Assembly: GCF_964213995.1 (NCBI RefSeq)
Contig: NW_027590154.1
Coordinates: 248,001 to 312,000 of the forward strand
Direction: 5' to 3'
DNA length: 64,000 bases
DNA from: Mustelus asterias
Taxonomy: Eukaryota
In this document: piece by piece, positions 49,909 to 62,395 of the stretch
Layout: each line of letters begins with the position of its first letter
How positions within the stretch are numbered: position 1 is the stretch's first letter
Notes under the pieces: model-generated
Databases searched by the model: none
Told to the model about the DNA's origin: nothing
The model's input: the letters and a program-made list of their open reading frames with translations, nothing else
Position numbers and translations under genes: made by a program

Positions 49909-50691
49909 ATGGAAGGAAAAAGCACCGTTCACAGTGGAGAGACACCATACACGTGTTCTGTGTGTGGACGAGGTTTCAGCCGATCAACTGGCCTGTCAAA
50001 ACATAAGTGCAGTCACTCCATAGAGAAACTGTGGAAATGTGTGGACTGTGGGAAGGAATTTAATTACCCATCCCAGCTGGAAACTCATCAGCGCAGTCAC
50101 ACTGGGGAGAGGCCGTTCACCTGCTCTGAGTGTGGGAAGGGATTCACTCTGTCATCCCACCTACTTACTCATCAACGACTTCACACCGGGGAGAGACCTT
50201 TTAAATGCTCAGACTGTGGGAAATGTTATAAAAGTTCCTGGGAATTGATGTCCCATCAACATGTTCACACTGACGAGAGACCATACAGATGCTGTCACTG
50301 TGGGACTGGGTTCAGGCAATCGTATAGCCGTACTGCACATCAGCGAATTCACACCGGGGAGAGGCCGTTCACCTGCTCTGAGTGTGGGAAGGGATTCACT
50401 CGGTCATCCCACCTGCTGAGACATCAACGTACTCACACTGGGGAGAGGCCATTCAACTGCTCCAAATGTGGGAAGGGATTCAGACAGTCATCTGAACTGT
50501 TGACACACGAACGCATTCACACGGGGGAGAGGCCACTTACGTGCTGTGTGCGTGGGAAGGGATTCATTCAATCATCCCATTTGCTGATACATCAGCGAGT
50601 TCACAGTGATAAAAAACCTTTTAAATGCTCAGACTGTGGGAAATGCTTCAAAATGTCCCATCCATGTGTTCATAGTGAGGCTGAGGGGTGA
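49909..50691 (+). CDS. C2H2 zinc-finger gene, 7 intact fingers plus 1 degenerate, ninth finger truncated at a CR1 fragment (possible pseudogene); exon starts at 49801
   Basis: [16 protein letters not shown]...; array breaks at [11 protein letters not shown] and the ORF stops inside CR1 sequence. Confidence 0.8.
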   Translation: MEGKSTVHSGETPYTCSVCGRGFSRSTGLSKHKCSHSIEKLWKCVDCGKEFNYPSQLETHQRSHTGERPFTCSECGKGFTLSSHLLTHQRLHTGERPFKCSDCGKCYKSSWELMSHQHVHTDERPYRCCHCGTGFRQSYSRTAHQRIHTGERPFTCSECGKGFTRSSHLLRHQRTHTGERPFNCSKCGKGFRQSSELLTHERIHTGERPLTCCVRGKGFIQSSHLLIHQRVHSDKKPFKCSDCGKCFKMSHPCVHSEAEG

Positions 50692-51072
50692 CCTTATAGA
50701 GGTCAAAAAAATAATGAGGGGCATATACAAGGTAGATAGTCAATATCTTTTCCCACAGGTAGGGGAGTCTAAAACTAGAGGGCATAGGTTTAAGGTGGGA
50801 GGGGAGAGATACAAAAGTGTCCAGAGGAGCAATTATTTCGCACAGAGGGTGGTGAGTGACTGGAACAAGCTGCCAGAGGTAGTAGTAGAGGCGGGTACAA
50901 TTTTATCTTTTAAAAAGCATTTAAATAGTTATATGGGTACGATGGGTATAGAGGGATATGGGCCAAATGCGGGCAATTGGGATTAGCTTAGGAGTTTTAA
51001 AAAAAATAAGGGCGGCATGGACAAGTTGGGCCGAAGGGCCTGTTTCCATGCTGTAAACCTCTATGACTCTAT
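50676..51072 (+). mobile_element. CR1 3' fragment
   Basis: RLRGDLIEV...KTRGHRFKV; tail ctctatgactctat. Confidence 0.88.
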
Positions 51073-52302
51073 CTCCCTTTCCTCTCTGAAGTCCTTGAAC
51101 GTTTTACCTTCCACATATTGTAAATTGTTTTACCTTTCTGACCTTGTATAGGAAAGTTTATTTTTATTCAGTATCTGTGGAATCTTGTGCCTTATTCACT
51201 TGTTACATATCTTGAATCTCCACCTTTATCTATTTTATACAAACTCACTCAAATCTAAAAGCAGTTTAGTGGGAATTGGGAAAACAGAAGGTGGGTTTCC
51301 TGGACAGGATGAGCTGCTAAGAGGAGATGGAGAGCGTCACAATCCCAGCTGGTGTTACTACTGGACAGGAAGGTTCCAGAATAAGACGCTGGCTCAATTG
51401 ACCATAACATTTACCTTTTTGTTTTAGAAATGTGGATGAACAGAGTCACAGGATGGCCCATTAGCTTTTAACAAAAACATCTTTTAAACATGAAAAGATT
51501 GACAGTAACACAAGATTCCTTCATTCCGCCCACCTCCTGCTGCAGTGAACACACAGACACAGTGAGGGAGCTCCCTCTAGTGGCGATGGGTGGTAAATGG
51601 CCTCTGCCTGGGAGATCACTGAATCCTCAGACTACTGAAGGATCTTATTCAAACTTAGAAACGTTGGAGGATTGTGCTGCTGTATTTTTATTGTTCCTAT
51701 TATTTTTATATTAACGCAGTCGAACCTATTTAGAGAATTGAAACCAATCTCAGAAACAGCTATAGGCGAACTCACAGATACACAAACACATTCACAGATA
51801 TACACTCTCAGAGAGACACAGACAAACTCACACACACAGACATGTGGACAAAAAAACACTCTGACTTACACAAATATACACACACACTATCACACCCACT
51901 CTCACAAACACAGAGACAGATTGAGACCACGAAAGGTTGATGTCAATTTCAGTCCAAATAATTTGCTGGGCACTAAAATAATAACAGAAGCAAATCTGAG
52001 GCTCGGTGTGTGGGTTTTAATGTGAAATTAGAAAATGTATAAATTTATCCCATAGCTCCGTGTGGGAGTGGAATTGATGATTTGTCTGCTGTCTATCTCC
52101 CTGAATATTAAATTGGAGAGATTATAAAATTTGAATTGTAATATCTAATGGTATAAAGTGTCTGAAAGCAGGGTGGATGTGATAAAGGCTGGAATAATGA
52201 CTGGGGGAATGAGGCTGAAAGTGCTGTGCAGAGTGAATGGTTCTTATTGTCGGGAGGGATGGATAGAGGGAGGGATGAATGAATGGCGGTGAATGCGAGA
52301 AG

Positions 52303-52714
52303 CTGAAGACCGCAAGAAACTACAAAAGTTTGTGAATGTAGCCCAATCCATCACTCAAACCATTGACTCTGTCTACACTTCCCGCTGCCTTGGCAAAGCA
52401 GCCAGCATAATTAAGGACTCCACGCACCCCAGACATTCTCTCTTCCACCTTCTTCCGTCGGGAAAAGGATACAAAAGTCTGAGGTCACATACCAACTGAC
52501 TCAAAAACAGCTTCTTCTCTGCTGCTGTCAGACTTTTGAATGAACTTACCTTGCATTAAGTTGATCTTTGTCTACACCCTAGCTATGACTAACCCTACAT
52601 TCTACACTCTCTCATTTCCTTCTCTATGAATGACATGCTTTGTCTGTATAGCGTGCAAGAAACAATACTTTTCATTGTATACTAATACATGTGACAATAA
52701 TAAATCAAATCAAA
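52303..52714 (+). mobile_element. Rex1/Babar-type LINE 3' end
   Basis: YTSRCLGKAASIIKDSTHPRHSLFHLLPSGK; tail caataataaatcaaatcaaa. Confidence 0.75.
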
Positions 52715-52813
52715 AACATTTATATTTGAAGAGGTTCCCAGTCTGTGCAGCAGAACTGGGGAAGCCTTTGGGCAGAGACTGTGCTGCTGTTTACCCTTCT
52801 GATCGATGGTAGT

Positions 52814-52884
52814 CATGATGTGGAGATGCCGGCGTTGGACTGGGGTAAACACAGTAAGAAGTTTAACAACACCAGGTTAAAGTC
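52814..52884 (-). mobile_element. ~70-bp Penelope terminal fragment without the hammerhead
   Basis: atgatgtggagatgccggcgttggactggggtaaacacagtaag...ccaggttaaagtc. Confidence 0.8.
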
Positions 52885-54076
52885 TGTTGTTCTGTTTTTT
52901 GTTTTAAATAAATGTTCCGTCCTTACACAGAGATATCTGCCACGTGAGTTTTATATTGTCTGTAATTAAATTATATTGTTTTATATTGTCTGTAGTCAAA
53001 TGATCCCATAGCACTCGCCTTAATTTGGAAATTTGTAATCTATTATGTGCTTATGTGAAATGCACCTCAGTCTCTTGGTTTCACCTCATGGTTTGCACCT
53101 CTGCTCTGTATGTGTTCTCTATCTAGCTTGTGGCATGTCTGCCTTGTAAGTATTTCATCGGACGAAATATAGAGAGATTCACACTGTTAACCCACGCTGC
53201 AGCGACACTGATAGTTTTTTTAAGGGGCAGTGTAAAGGAAACTATCTTCTGCCACACACTGTCCTGCATCGGCCTCTGATGAAACAGAGCCTTTGCTTTT
53301 TAGAATTAACTGAAACTCGGTCAGTGACAGACCAGTTTATGAGTGAAATCACCGAGGTTCTCCTCATTCTTCACTCGTTCTGTCTCTGGATTTTATCATA
53401 AAAAGGCAGAGATGAAGGTGTCTTTATACGGATGGGCCACTGGGTGGCGCAGTGACTCTTTCACTGAACGGCCTTGAGTTCAAACACATCCCACACAGGA
53501 CTGGGGGAACAGACATGTCTGGGAAAGAGGGGAAACCGTATAATATGGAATATGGGGCGGAGTTGATGGGCTTTGGAAAACGGAATTAAGCCAAGCCAGA
53601 GATGGTTAAATTTTCATTCAATATTTATTTTAAAAAGTCAGAATATTTTACAGCGACATTATTTTTTAAAGTTAGAAAAGTGAATTTAACGATCGAGCTT
53701 CACATTGAGAACACAACACATGCACAGGGAATCCGTCAATATTTGTACATCTGTTACATACACCAGAAAGAGAAAACAGGACCTTAATAGAAAGAGGAAT
53801 TAACAAATTTGGATAAGGAATGAGAAAAGTTTCTTATTTATACATGATATTTAAACTATGGGGAAATTGTTAACCACAATTACATTATAACAAAAAATGC
53901 CTCGTACTTTTCACTCTGAAAAAAATACAGTCTATGATTGTCTCAGTTACAGATTCAGAATGATAAACTGAGAGAATTTTACTGATAGAGTCACCAAGGG
54001 CAGATATTGTATTTGTGTCATACGGAGATCATAATAATCAGCTGAGGGAAATCTGCAGCATCCAAAATTCAACCCA

Positions 54077-54085
54077 TCACTTGAT
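54077..54085 (-). CDS. IGHM: IgM heavy chain TM2 exon coding part (IK*); candidate polyA signal at 53624-53629
   Basis: tctttcttttacag|ATC AAG TGA, just downstream of the TM1 donor. Confidence 0.8.
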   Translation of the reverse strand: MK

Positions 54086-54221
54086 CTGTAAAAGAAAGAT
54101 ACAATAATGAAGCAGATGTTTATGATGCAGGACATTAAAGTTAGAGTTTTTAATGGAACATTGAGAGATTTTTCAAATCCATTCTGTCAGTTTGATATGT
54201 GAGTGCATTCAATCATCTCAC

Positions 54222-54349
54222 CTTCACCAGAGTGACCGCAGTGCTGTAGAAAATGCTCAGGAAGAACAGGACAATGAATGTGGAAGCCGTTGTCCAGATG
54301 TTACTGTTATCATCCTCATTGTCTTCAATCCAGATGCGGTCGGTTGAGT
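54222..54349 (-). CDS. IGHM: IgM heavy chain TM1 exon
   Basis: (D)[42 protein letters not shown] with the antigen-receptor TM motif; ccctag| acceptor and |gtgaga donor. Confidence 0.93.
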
Positions 54350-55221
54350 CTAGGGGATGGAGACCAGGATATGAAATTAGATTACTTTATTTATCCAGCT
54401 AATGTTATTGTTATTTTTCTTTTCCCAGTTCTCCTTTTTAAACTGATCATTTATTCTTGAACTTAATTTTCAATGTATACCTCCTCTTAAGCTCAGGACA
54501 CTCAGTAACCGATCTCCGTAACTATTTTCACACCTGATCTTTATTGACATTCCTTGGACAGTCCATGTCAGAAAGCACTGAAGATGTTTAATTGAAAATC
54601 AGTTGATTTTTTGACAATTCGGAACTATCCCTTATTGAAGAATATTATCACTGATATCGAGGAACGTTCACTAATCAATGATTATTTTCACAGATGGTTA
54701 CTGATCTGTAAACTGTGAATGTTGTTGTTTAAGAGTTGGGATGTAATTTCCGATCTGTGCTTCTTTATGGTGGAAATGTTTAGTAGATCGTGAGCTTAAT
54801 TCAGTTTCTCAACGTGTTTATCTGTTCATTGGACATTGGGATAATAAATCTGTGGATATCTCCATTAAAAAGTCACGTTTAAATTTTACTTTCATCATTT
54901 GCCTACCGTTTGTATTGAAGATTTTGCATTTGTGTGCGTGTGCATGAGCATCTCGTGCTCTGCATTAATCTTTGGCTCTGAGTTAATATGTGATTATGAG
55001 TGTTAATGTGCGCCTACATTTGCCAGTGATTGTTGATTGTGTAGTTGTGTGTCTGCATCTGTGCGCATATTTTATTCTTTTGTCATTGTGTATATATGAC
55101 TATTATTGTGTGAAGTCTATGAATATATATTAATGCCACTATTAATGCGTGCACATGTGTTTATGCCTATTGCTATGTGTTAATTTCTGTCACTTTAATA
55201 ATGTTTGTTTCCCTTTCTGTG

Positions 55222-55346
55222 GAGTTGCCGGCGTTGGACTGGGGTCGGCACAGTAAGTACTCTCACAGCACCAGGTTAAAGTCCAACAGATTTATTTGGT
55301 TGCACGAGCTTTCGGAGCATTGCCCCTTCATCAGGTGACTACTTAC
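55222..55346 (-). mobile_element. Solo Penelope terminal unit with 16-bp TSD in the IgM CH4-TM1 intron
   Basis: Direct repeat tgtttccctttctgtg at 55206-55221 and 55347-55362. Confidence 0.85.
55303..55337 (-). ncRNA. Minimal hammerhead ribozyme motif on the IgM sense strand
   Basis: Minus strand CAC-CUGAUGA-A-GGGGC aau GCUCC-GAAA-GCU-C-GUG. Confidence 0.72.
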
Positions 55347-55952
55347 TGTTTCCCTTTCTGTGTGCGTCTGTTTCTCCATGTATCTGTGTGCACGCCTGTT
55401 GACATGTCAGTGTATGTATACACGTGTTGAAATTCTTTATAACGGTGCGTTGATGTATATTTGTGTTTCGATGTGTAGTAATGTGTGCTATGGTGTTCTG
55501 TTCTGTGAGCATGTTAATGTTTGCGTCTACATGTTTGTGTGTAAATGTTTTGCTGTCCGTTCTTCTGTATGCAGTCTGGTGATTTGTTTATATGTATTTC
55601 CATATATGTTTGTGAATGTGTATAACATTGTGTGTCTTTATATCTATATTCCTATCAGCGTGAACGTGTGCTAATATATGTATTTATTTGAGTCTAAGTA
55701 TGTGCTTGTGTATTTATGTGGGTCTGCATGCGTGTGTATCTGTCTATTGTGTCTATGCATGTATGTGTTTGTGTTTGGGTCTGTACCTACTCACGTATGT
55801 GTATGTGTATGTACTTGTGTGTTTCATGTGTACATGTGTGCGTTTGTACATATTTGATTATGTGTGTGTGTGTTGTTGTTTTAGTGTCTGTTTGTACAAG
55901 AGCGCGTGTCTATGTGTTCGTATGTGTGTGTGTGTGTATGTGTGCGTGTGTA

Positions 55953-55985
<33 letters not shown>

Positions 55986-56434
55986 GGGTGTGTCCCTATG
56001 TATATTTGTGTACGGATGTGTTTGTGTATGGGTGTATTTTTGTGTGGGTGTATTTGTGTAAGTGTGTATTTCTGTTTGTGCATGTGTTGCCCATGAGTGC
56101 ATTTGTGTGTGCATTCTTGTTTCTCTGCATGTGTGTTCGTCTGTGCAAGTATTGAGTGTACCTATGGTGTGTGAAAGTGTATCTGTTGTGTATTTGTGTG
56201 TTTCTGTGTCTGTATTTGAATGTGCCTATCCCTATTTCTGTATATGGATGTGTGTGGGGGTATGTGCATGCGTTTGTGTGTGTATGTTTACATGTGTCTT
56301 TCTGTATTTGTGTGCATATGTGTGAGTATGTGCATTTGTGTGTGCAGTTGTGCATTTGTGTCGATGTGTGTGTATGTGTGTGAGTGTGAGTGTGTGTGTG
56401 TGCGCTTATGTGTGTATTTATAATTGTGACAGTT

Positions 56435-58029
56435 TTGTGGAGGATGTGCAGGATATTCTGGAGGGTCTGAAAATAGATAAATCCCCTGGTCCGGATGGGA
56501 TTTATCCAAGGATTCTCTGGGAGGCAAGAGAAGTGATTGCAGAGCCTCTGGCTCTGATCTTCAGGTCGTCGTTGGCCTCTGGTATAGTACCAGAAGATTG
56601 GAGGTTAGCGAATGTTGTCCCATTGTTTAAGAAGGGGAACAGAGACTTCCCCGGGAATTATAGACCGGTGAGTCTCACTTCTGTTGTCGGCAAGATGTTG
56701 GAAAAAATTATAAGGGATAGGATTTATAGTTATTTGGAGAGTAATGAATTGATAGGTGATAGTCAGCATGGTTTTGTGGCAGGTAGGTCGTGCCTTACTA
56801 ACCTTATTGAGTTTTTTGAGAAAGTGACCAAGGAGGTGGATGGGGGCAAGGCAGTGGACGTGGTATATATGGATTTTAGTAAGGCGTTTGATAAGGTTCA
56901 CCATGGTAGGCTTCTGCAGAAAATGCAGATGTATGGGATTGGGGGTGATCTAGGAAATTGGATCAGGAATTGGCTAGCGGATAGGAAACAGAGGGTGGTG
57001 GTTGATAGTAAATATTCATCATGGAGTGCGGTTACAAGTGGTGTACCTCAGGGATCTGTTTTGGGGCCACTGCTGTTTGTAATATTTATTAATGATCTGG
57101 ATGAGGGTATAGTTGGGTGGATTAGCAAATTTGCTGATGACACCAAAGTCGGTGGTGTGGTAGACAGTGAGGAAGGGTGTCGTAGTTTGCAGGAAGACTT
57201 AGACAGGTTGCAAAGTTGGGCCGAGAGGTGGCGGATGGAGTTTAATGCGGAGAAGTGTGAGGTAATTCACTTTGGTAGGAATAACAGATGTGTTGAGTAT
57301 AGGGCTAACGGGAGGACTTTGAATAGTGTGGAGGAGCAGAGGGATCTAGGTGTATGTGTGCATAGATCCCTGAAAGTTGGGAATCAAGTAGATAAGGTTG
57401 TTAAGAAGGCATATGGTGTCTTGGCGTTTATTGGTAGGGGGATTGAATTTAGGAGTCGTAGCGTTATGTTGCAACTGTACACAACTCTGGTGCGGCCGCA
57501 CTTGGAGTACTGTGTGCAGTTCTGGTCCCCACATTACAGGAAGGATGTGGAGGCTTTGGAGAGGGTGCAGAGGAGGTTTACCAGGATGTTGCCTGGTATG
57601 GAGGGGAGATCCTATGAGGAGAGGCTGAGGGATCTGGGATTGTTTTCGCTGGAAAGGCGGCGGCTAAGAGGGGATCTTATTGAAACATATAAGATGATTA
57701 GAGGTTTAGATAGGGTGGATAGTGATAGCCTTTTTCCTCTGATGGAGAAATCCAGCACGAGGGGGCATGGCTTTAAATTGAGGGGGGGTAGTTATAGAAC
57801 CGATGTCAGGGGTAGGTTCTTTACCCAGAGGGTGGTGAGGGATTGGAATGCCCTGCCAGCATCAGTAGTAAATGCGCCTAGTTTGGGGGCGTTTAAGAGA
57901 TCCGTAGATAGGTTCATGGACGAAAAGAAATTGGTTTAGGTTGGAGGGTCACAGTTTTTTTTTTTAACTGGTCGGTGCAACATCGTGGGCCGAAGGGCCT
58001 GTTCTGCGCTGTAATGTTCTATGTTCTAT
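56435..58029 (+). mobile_element. Young 5'-truncated CR1 with an uninterrupted RT ORF (to 57939), antisense in the IgM intron
   Basis: ~500 open codons with all RT motifs; intact 3' UTR and aatgttctatgttctat tail. Confidence 0.95.
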
Positions 58030-59128
58030 TGTCAGTGTGTGTATTTTTTAGCTGTTGCTCCAAGTTTCACCACAATCATTAACTAAAAATGATCCAAACA
58101 ATACGAATAATGGAGCATATTTTCAATATTTTGCTGTATGAATGTAGTTTATGTGAGTGGCACGGTGATATCAGGAGAAAGAATGAAATCATTCATTGAT
58201 GCATCTCAGAAACATCAGGGACAGAACAGTAAAAACCGGGGAAGATTCAATCATTTGTTTCAATTTGCATTATGGGAAATCAATGCCAGGACATGATTAA
58301 CAGGAATAAGAGTACAGAAACATTTTAAAATTATGTTGCATAAGTATATATGCATCACATTGATTAAGATAATGATACTTCAAACTCTGCAGCAAATAAA
58401 CCAGAAGCTAATTTATACTGTTGGCAACTGGGTTCTTTGAGTAGAGAGCTGGTCCCTTCCAAACACGTTACTTGCGAAGAGGGAGGGAGTGAGCTCATAA
58501 TTTCCCTCACTCTACCCGGTGCCTGATGGTTCTAACCGCTGACGAGGTGGAGGTGAGTGGATTAAATAATGACATTCCTCCTCTTTTCATTAAGGAAGTG
58601 GTGGTACATGGGTTAGCTACTGCTCTCCCCTCTCTTTGTTGGGTGAGTAGGAATCCGGTATGTTAACAATTTCACTCTCCCCTCTCTCTGATGGGGGGAT
58701 TGTTGCTCCATGTTTCTGTGTGACCCTCACTTCAGTTCCCAGTGGGTGTGGTGCAGCAGCTTAAAGCTGACATCAATGGTAAAGGCATGGACAACGAGAG
58801 AAGCAGGAACACCGAGATCTAAATTGTGTTTGTCAGAAATGTTGAAATTGTCGGAGTTTTCCTCAGGGAGGAAAGTCGGTGAAGATATTTTGCAGAATCC
58901 TGTAATGAATGTGCTCTACTCTGTCTCTAACACAGGGTGTATCTGAGCTGGGTGCACTGGTTCAACAAGGCTTGGGCCCGAGACATGAAAATACCTGACT
59001 CAAATCAAAGATACATAGTGGAAGTAAAATTGAAAACCAATCAATTAAGCGTTTGGATATTTCATTTGTCGTTAGAGGAAAATGATTTTATTATTTTTAT
59101 TGAAGTTTTTAATGTAACCGAGTGATTC

Positions 59129-59520
59129 TCATTGACATGAATTAACGGTGTCCATCAGTGCAAGGGAAATGTTCACAAAACTGGGTTTACCGCTGGATTT
59201 GTCAACTGTTCTGTTGATGATCTTCAAGGGGATGGCTTCATGTCCCACCACACAGGAGTAAGAAGCACCGCTGGACCATTCCTCTGCTGCAATGGATAAC
59301 AGGCTGTACATGAAGAAGGAGCTATTCCCGCTCTCCGCGACCACCTCGGTGTTCTTATAGTTCCCAGGATTCACCGGCTTGTCGTTGACGGTCCACTTGA
59401 CGAAGATCTCTCGAGGGGAGAAACGTCTCACTAAGCAGCTGAGGGAGACGAATCTCTGAGCGGAGACTTCTTCTGCCGAGGGCAGGAGGACAGAGACGAA
59501 CGGTTCCCGCGGATTTGGAT
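59129..59520 (-). CDS. IGHM: IgM CH4 exon plus secretory tail; internal donor for the membrane form after 59191; AATAAA at 59096-59101 and 59087-59092
   Basis: [31 protein letters not shown]...[21 protein letters not shown]|[20 protein letters not shown]; penultimate Cys and NIS sequon. Confidence 0.96.
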
Positions 59521-60022
59521 CTGCAGAAAATGTACAATAAATGTCAATAAACTGGAGAATTCCGGAGAGAATGTAACCACTGGCGAGATATCAGAAAAAT
59601 GTGCTTCGCTTTCGATTTTAAATGTTTCCATTTTTGACTTCCAATTTGGAGCAGAGGTGAACACAATTATTTTCTCAAATAACTCAGGGGGCTGGACTGG
59701 GAAGTTTCAGAAATTTTACAGCACTGAATCAGGCTATTCGGCCCAACTGATCGGCTTTAATTTTGGTTTTCTGGTTTTTATGCTCCACATCAGGCTCCTC
59801 CCTCGTTATTCAATCTAAACCCAATAACATCGCCTTCAGTTCACTTTTCATTCATCAACACATCAAATTTCCCTGTTAAAATATCTACAACCCCCAGTTT
59901 TTAGTTAGTGGAGTTTCCACTCAGGGGAGACCATTAATGCACTGAATACTGAATATTGACCAGTACACTGACACTGGAAATAGACACAGTGACGCATTTA
60001 TTGCTTCAATCTCTCAGCTCAC

Positions 60023-60331
60023 CTGTTTCCTTGTGGATGGATTTTCTTAAAGGAGTCGGCAGATCCTGATGGCTCACCACGCAGTCAAACACAGCCGCAC
60101 TCAGCCAGGCTTGTGTCGAGATGTTTAAGTTGCTGACCACGCTGTCAGGATCCGCTCCAGGCTTTTCGGCAATCTCTGATTTCAAATACTTCCTGTCTCG
60201 GATCCAGGACACGTTGACTCCATAAGGAGCATTAGAAATGATGCAGGTTAAGGTCACGGTCGCCTCCAGTAAGACCTGTTCTATTGGTGGTGGCTGTATC
60301 GTCACTGTGGTATCAGGGCACTGGGGAGGAT
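60023..60331 (-). CDS. IGHM: IgM CH3 exon
   Basis: [30 protein letters not shown]...W...[12 protein letters not shown]; 309 nt, phase 1-1, canonical splice sites. Confidence 0.95.
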
Positions 60332-60775
60332 CTGTGAATGAAAAATGAAAATCAACCCTAGTTCCCTCTTCAGAAGCAGGACAGCAGTGTTCAGCCTGAA
60401 GGAGACGAAGTTGCCTTCGATATATCAACCTCTAACTATCACCTTTCAACCTCTATGGAGGATGGAAAACCAGCCTGCTCTGTGAAATTATTCTCTTTTT
60501 GTTCAAGTATTTTAGCAGCGGTATCATTCTCATGAATCAACATTGCAGTATTCCCCAACAAATATACCATTCCTGAACTCAGGAACCAAGTACTGGCAGT
60601 TAGTTTATAAGTAGGGTGGATGCACTTCCCAATATTTTACCCCTATGCTGTGACCTGTGAAACAGTCCGACACCGACTGTCTCTCCAAATCTTACCAGCT
60701 GTCTCAGGAAAAAGCTGACATCAAGACCACCTCGCTTACTATATTACTTCAAAATGGAAGGGAACACTATTTCAA

Positions 60776-61092
60776 GGGGAGGCAGTGGCATGGTGGTGTT
60801 GCCAATGGTCTTGTAACCCAGGGCACGACTCTGGGGACACAGATTCGAATCTCACCACTGCAGATGGTGAAATTTGAATTTAGTAAAAATCTATCATTAA
60901 AAGTCAAATGATCATCATGAAGCCATTGTTGTAAAAACCCACCTGGTTCACGAATGCCCTTTAGAAAAGTAAATCTGCTGTCTTTATCTGGCCTGGCATG
61001 CATGTGACTCCAGATCCACAGCAATGTGGTTGACACTTAAGTGCCCTCAGGGATGGGAAATAAATGCACATCTCATGAAGGAATAACAAAAA
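60776..61092 (+). mobile_element. tRNA-derived SINE, same family as 38407
   Basis: Shared core ctggttcac..tgtgactccag..gcaatgtggttgac and tail. Confidence 0.7.
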
Positions 61093-61251
61093 TTGCTGTT
61101 GTGATGAAATTCTGAATGGGGCACTGTCCCAATGCAGCAAACCACATGACAGTAAATTAGAAGTTGTTCTATCTTTGTACTAACTTTAATAGATCCCTAA
61201 TTTCGATTAACATCGAAATTATATATTTTATCGTCGGTTTGAGTCTCTTAC

Positions 61252-61563
61252 CCAGAGATCCGCTGATGTTCTGACTCTGGGTGAATCCTTGATGAGTGAC
61301 CTGGCAGGTATAGACCGCTTTGCTGATCCATTCCTGAGCGGAGACTGTCAGCCGACTGCTGGCCGAGAAGTTCCCGTTCACTTCACAGGCGGGAGAGGTG
61401 ACAATTCCTGAATCCATGGGTTGTCCATTCTTCAGCCACTTCACCGTCATTGACTTTGGCTGGAAATCGATGATTGAACAGACGATGGTTGCAAATTTTC
61501 TGCTGGTGATTTCTTCACTGGAACTCACGGTGAGGATAACGGTTGGGGGGAGAACGCGTGGGC
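61252..61563 (-). CDS. IGHM: IgM CH2 exon
   Basis: [46 protein letters not shown]...YTCQVTH; 312 nt, phase 1-1. Confidence 0.95.
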
Positions 61564-61639
61564 CTTCAACAAACAAATGTTCAGACGTTACTTGAAGATT
61601 CAATTGACATCAATTAAAATTAGTTCTTTTATTTGAGCA

Positions 61640-62395
61640 CCATAGCTGCCGATTTGAGAATTATATCCATGGTTTGGTTGAATTGGCAGGGAAATGGCGA
61701 ATGGAATTCAACCGTCAAAAGTGCCACACAATGCATTTGGGGAGGGAAAACAAAGCAAGGCAATAAACTGGAATGTTAAGAGGGATTGAGGAAATGCAAG
61801 ACCTTAGAGTGCACGTCCACAGGTCCTTGTAGATGGTAGGGCAGCTGGAAAAGTTGATCAAGAAAGCATATCGGATTAGTTCCTCTGTTATGTGAGATAT
61901 TGAATGCAAAAACAGTGATACAATGATGGAGCTGCATAAAACCTAGTTAGGCCACGTTTGGAGGTTGCTGTACAGTTCTGGTCACCACGTTGCAGGAATA
62001 ACGTAATGACTCTGGAGAGAGATGAGGTTTACAAGAATGTTGCCAGGGACTGAAAATTCCCGCCATGAGGCGAGATTGGATCGGCAGGGTTTGTTCTCTT
62101 TAGGAAAAGAGGAGGCTGAGGCGTGACATAATTGTGGTTCACAAAATAATAAGGGACGTAGGCAGAAATAATTCATTCCCCAAGTGGAGGGCTCAATTAC
62201 CAGGGAGCATGGTCATTTAAAAGGTATCTGGATCTGCATCTCAAGTGCTTTAAGCTGAAATGCTACGGAGCAAGGGCTGGAAAATAGGCTTACTTTGTCA
62301 GGCTTGTTTATTTGTTCTCCCTTTTGGCCAGCACAGACATGATGGGCTAAATGGCCTCATGCTGCACAGTAACATTTCTGTTGTTCTTTGGTTCT
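61640..62395 (+). mobile_element. Old, degraded CR1 fragment
   Basis: Remnants of the WQMEFN..KC and LVRP.LE..VQFWSP regions and CR1 3' UTR. Confidence 0.7.

Larger units (their letters stand above)
54930..56420. repeat. Degenerate (TG)n-rich tract of ~1.5 kb with a short (GA)n run
   Basis: Direct reading; source of spurious C/V/Y-rich ORFs. Confidence 0.9.

Noticed and set aside
55360-56527. Cys/Val/His-rich ORFs, including the N-terminus of the 533-aa ORF
   Set aside because: Translations of the TG-rich tract; CR1 homology begins only near 56435
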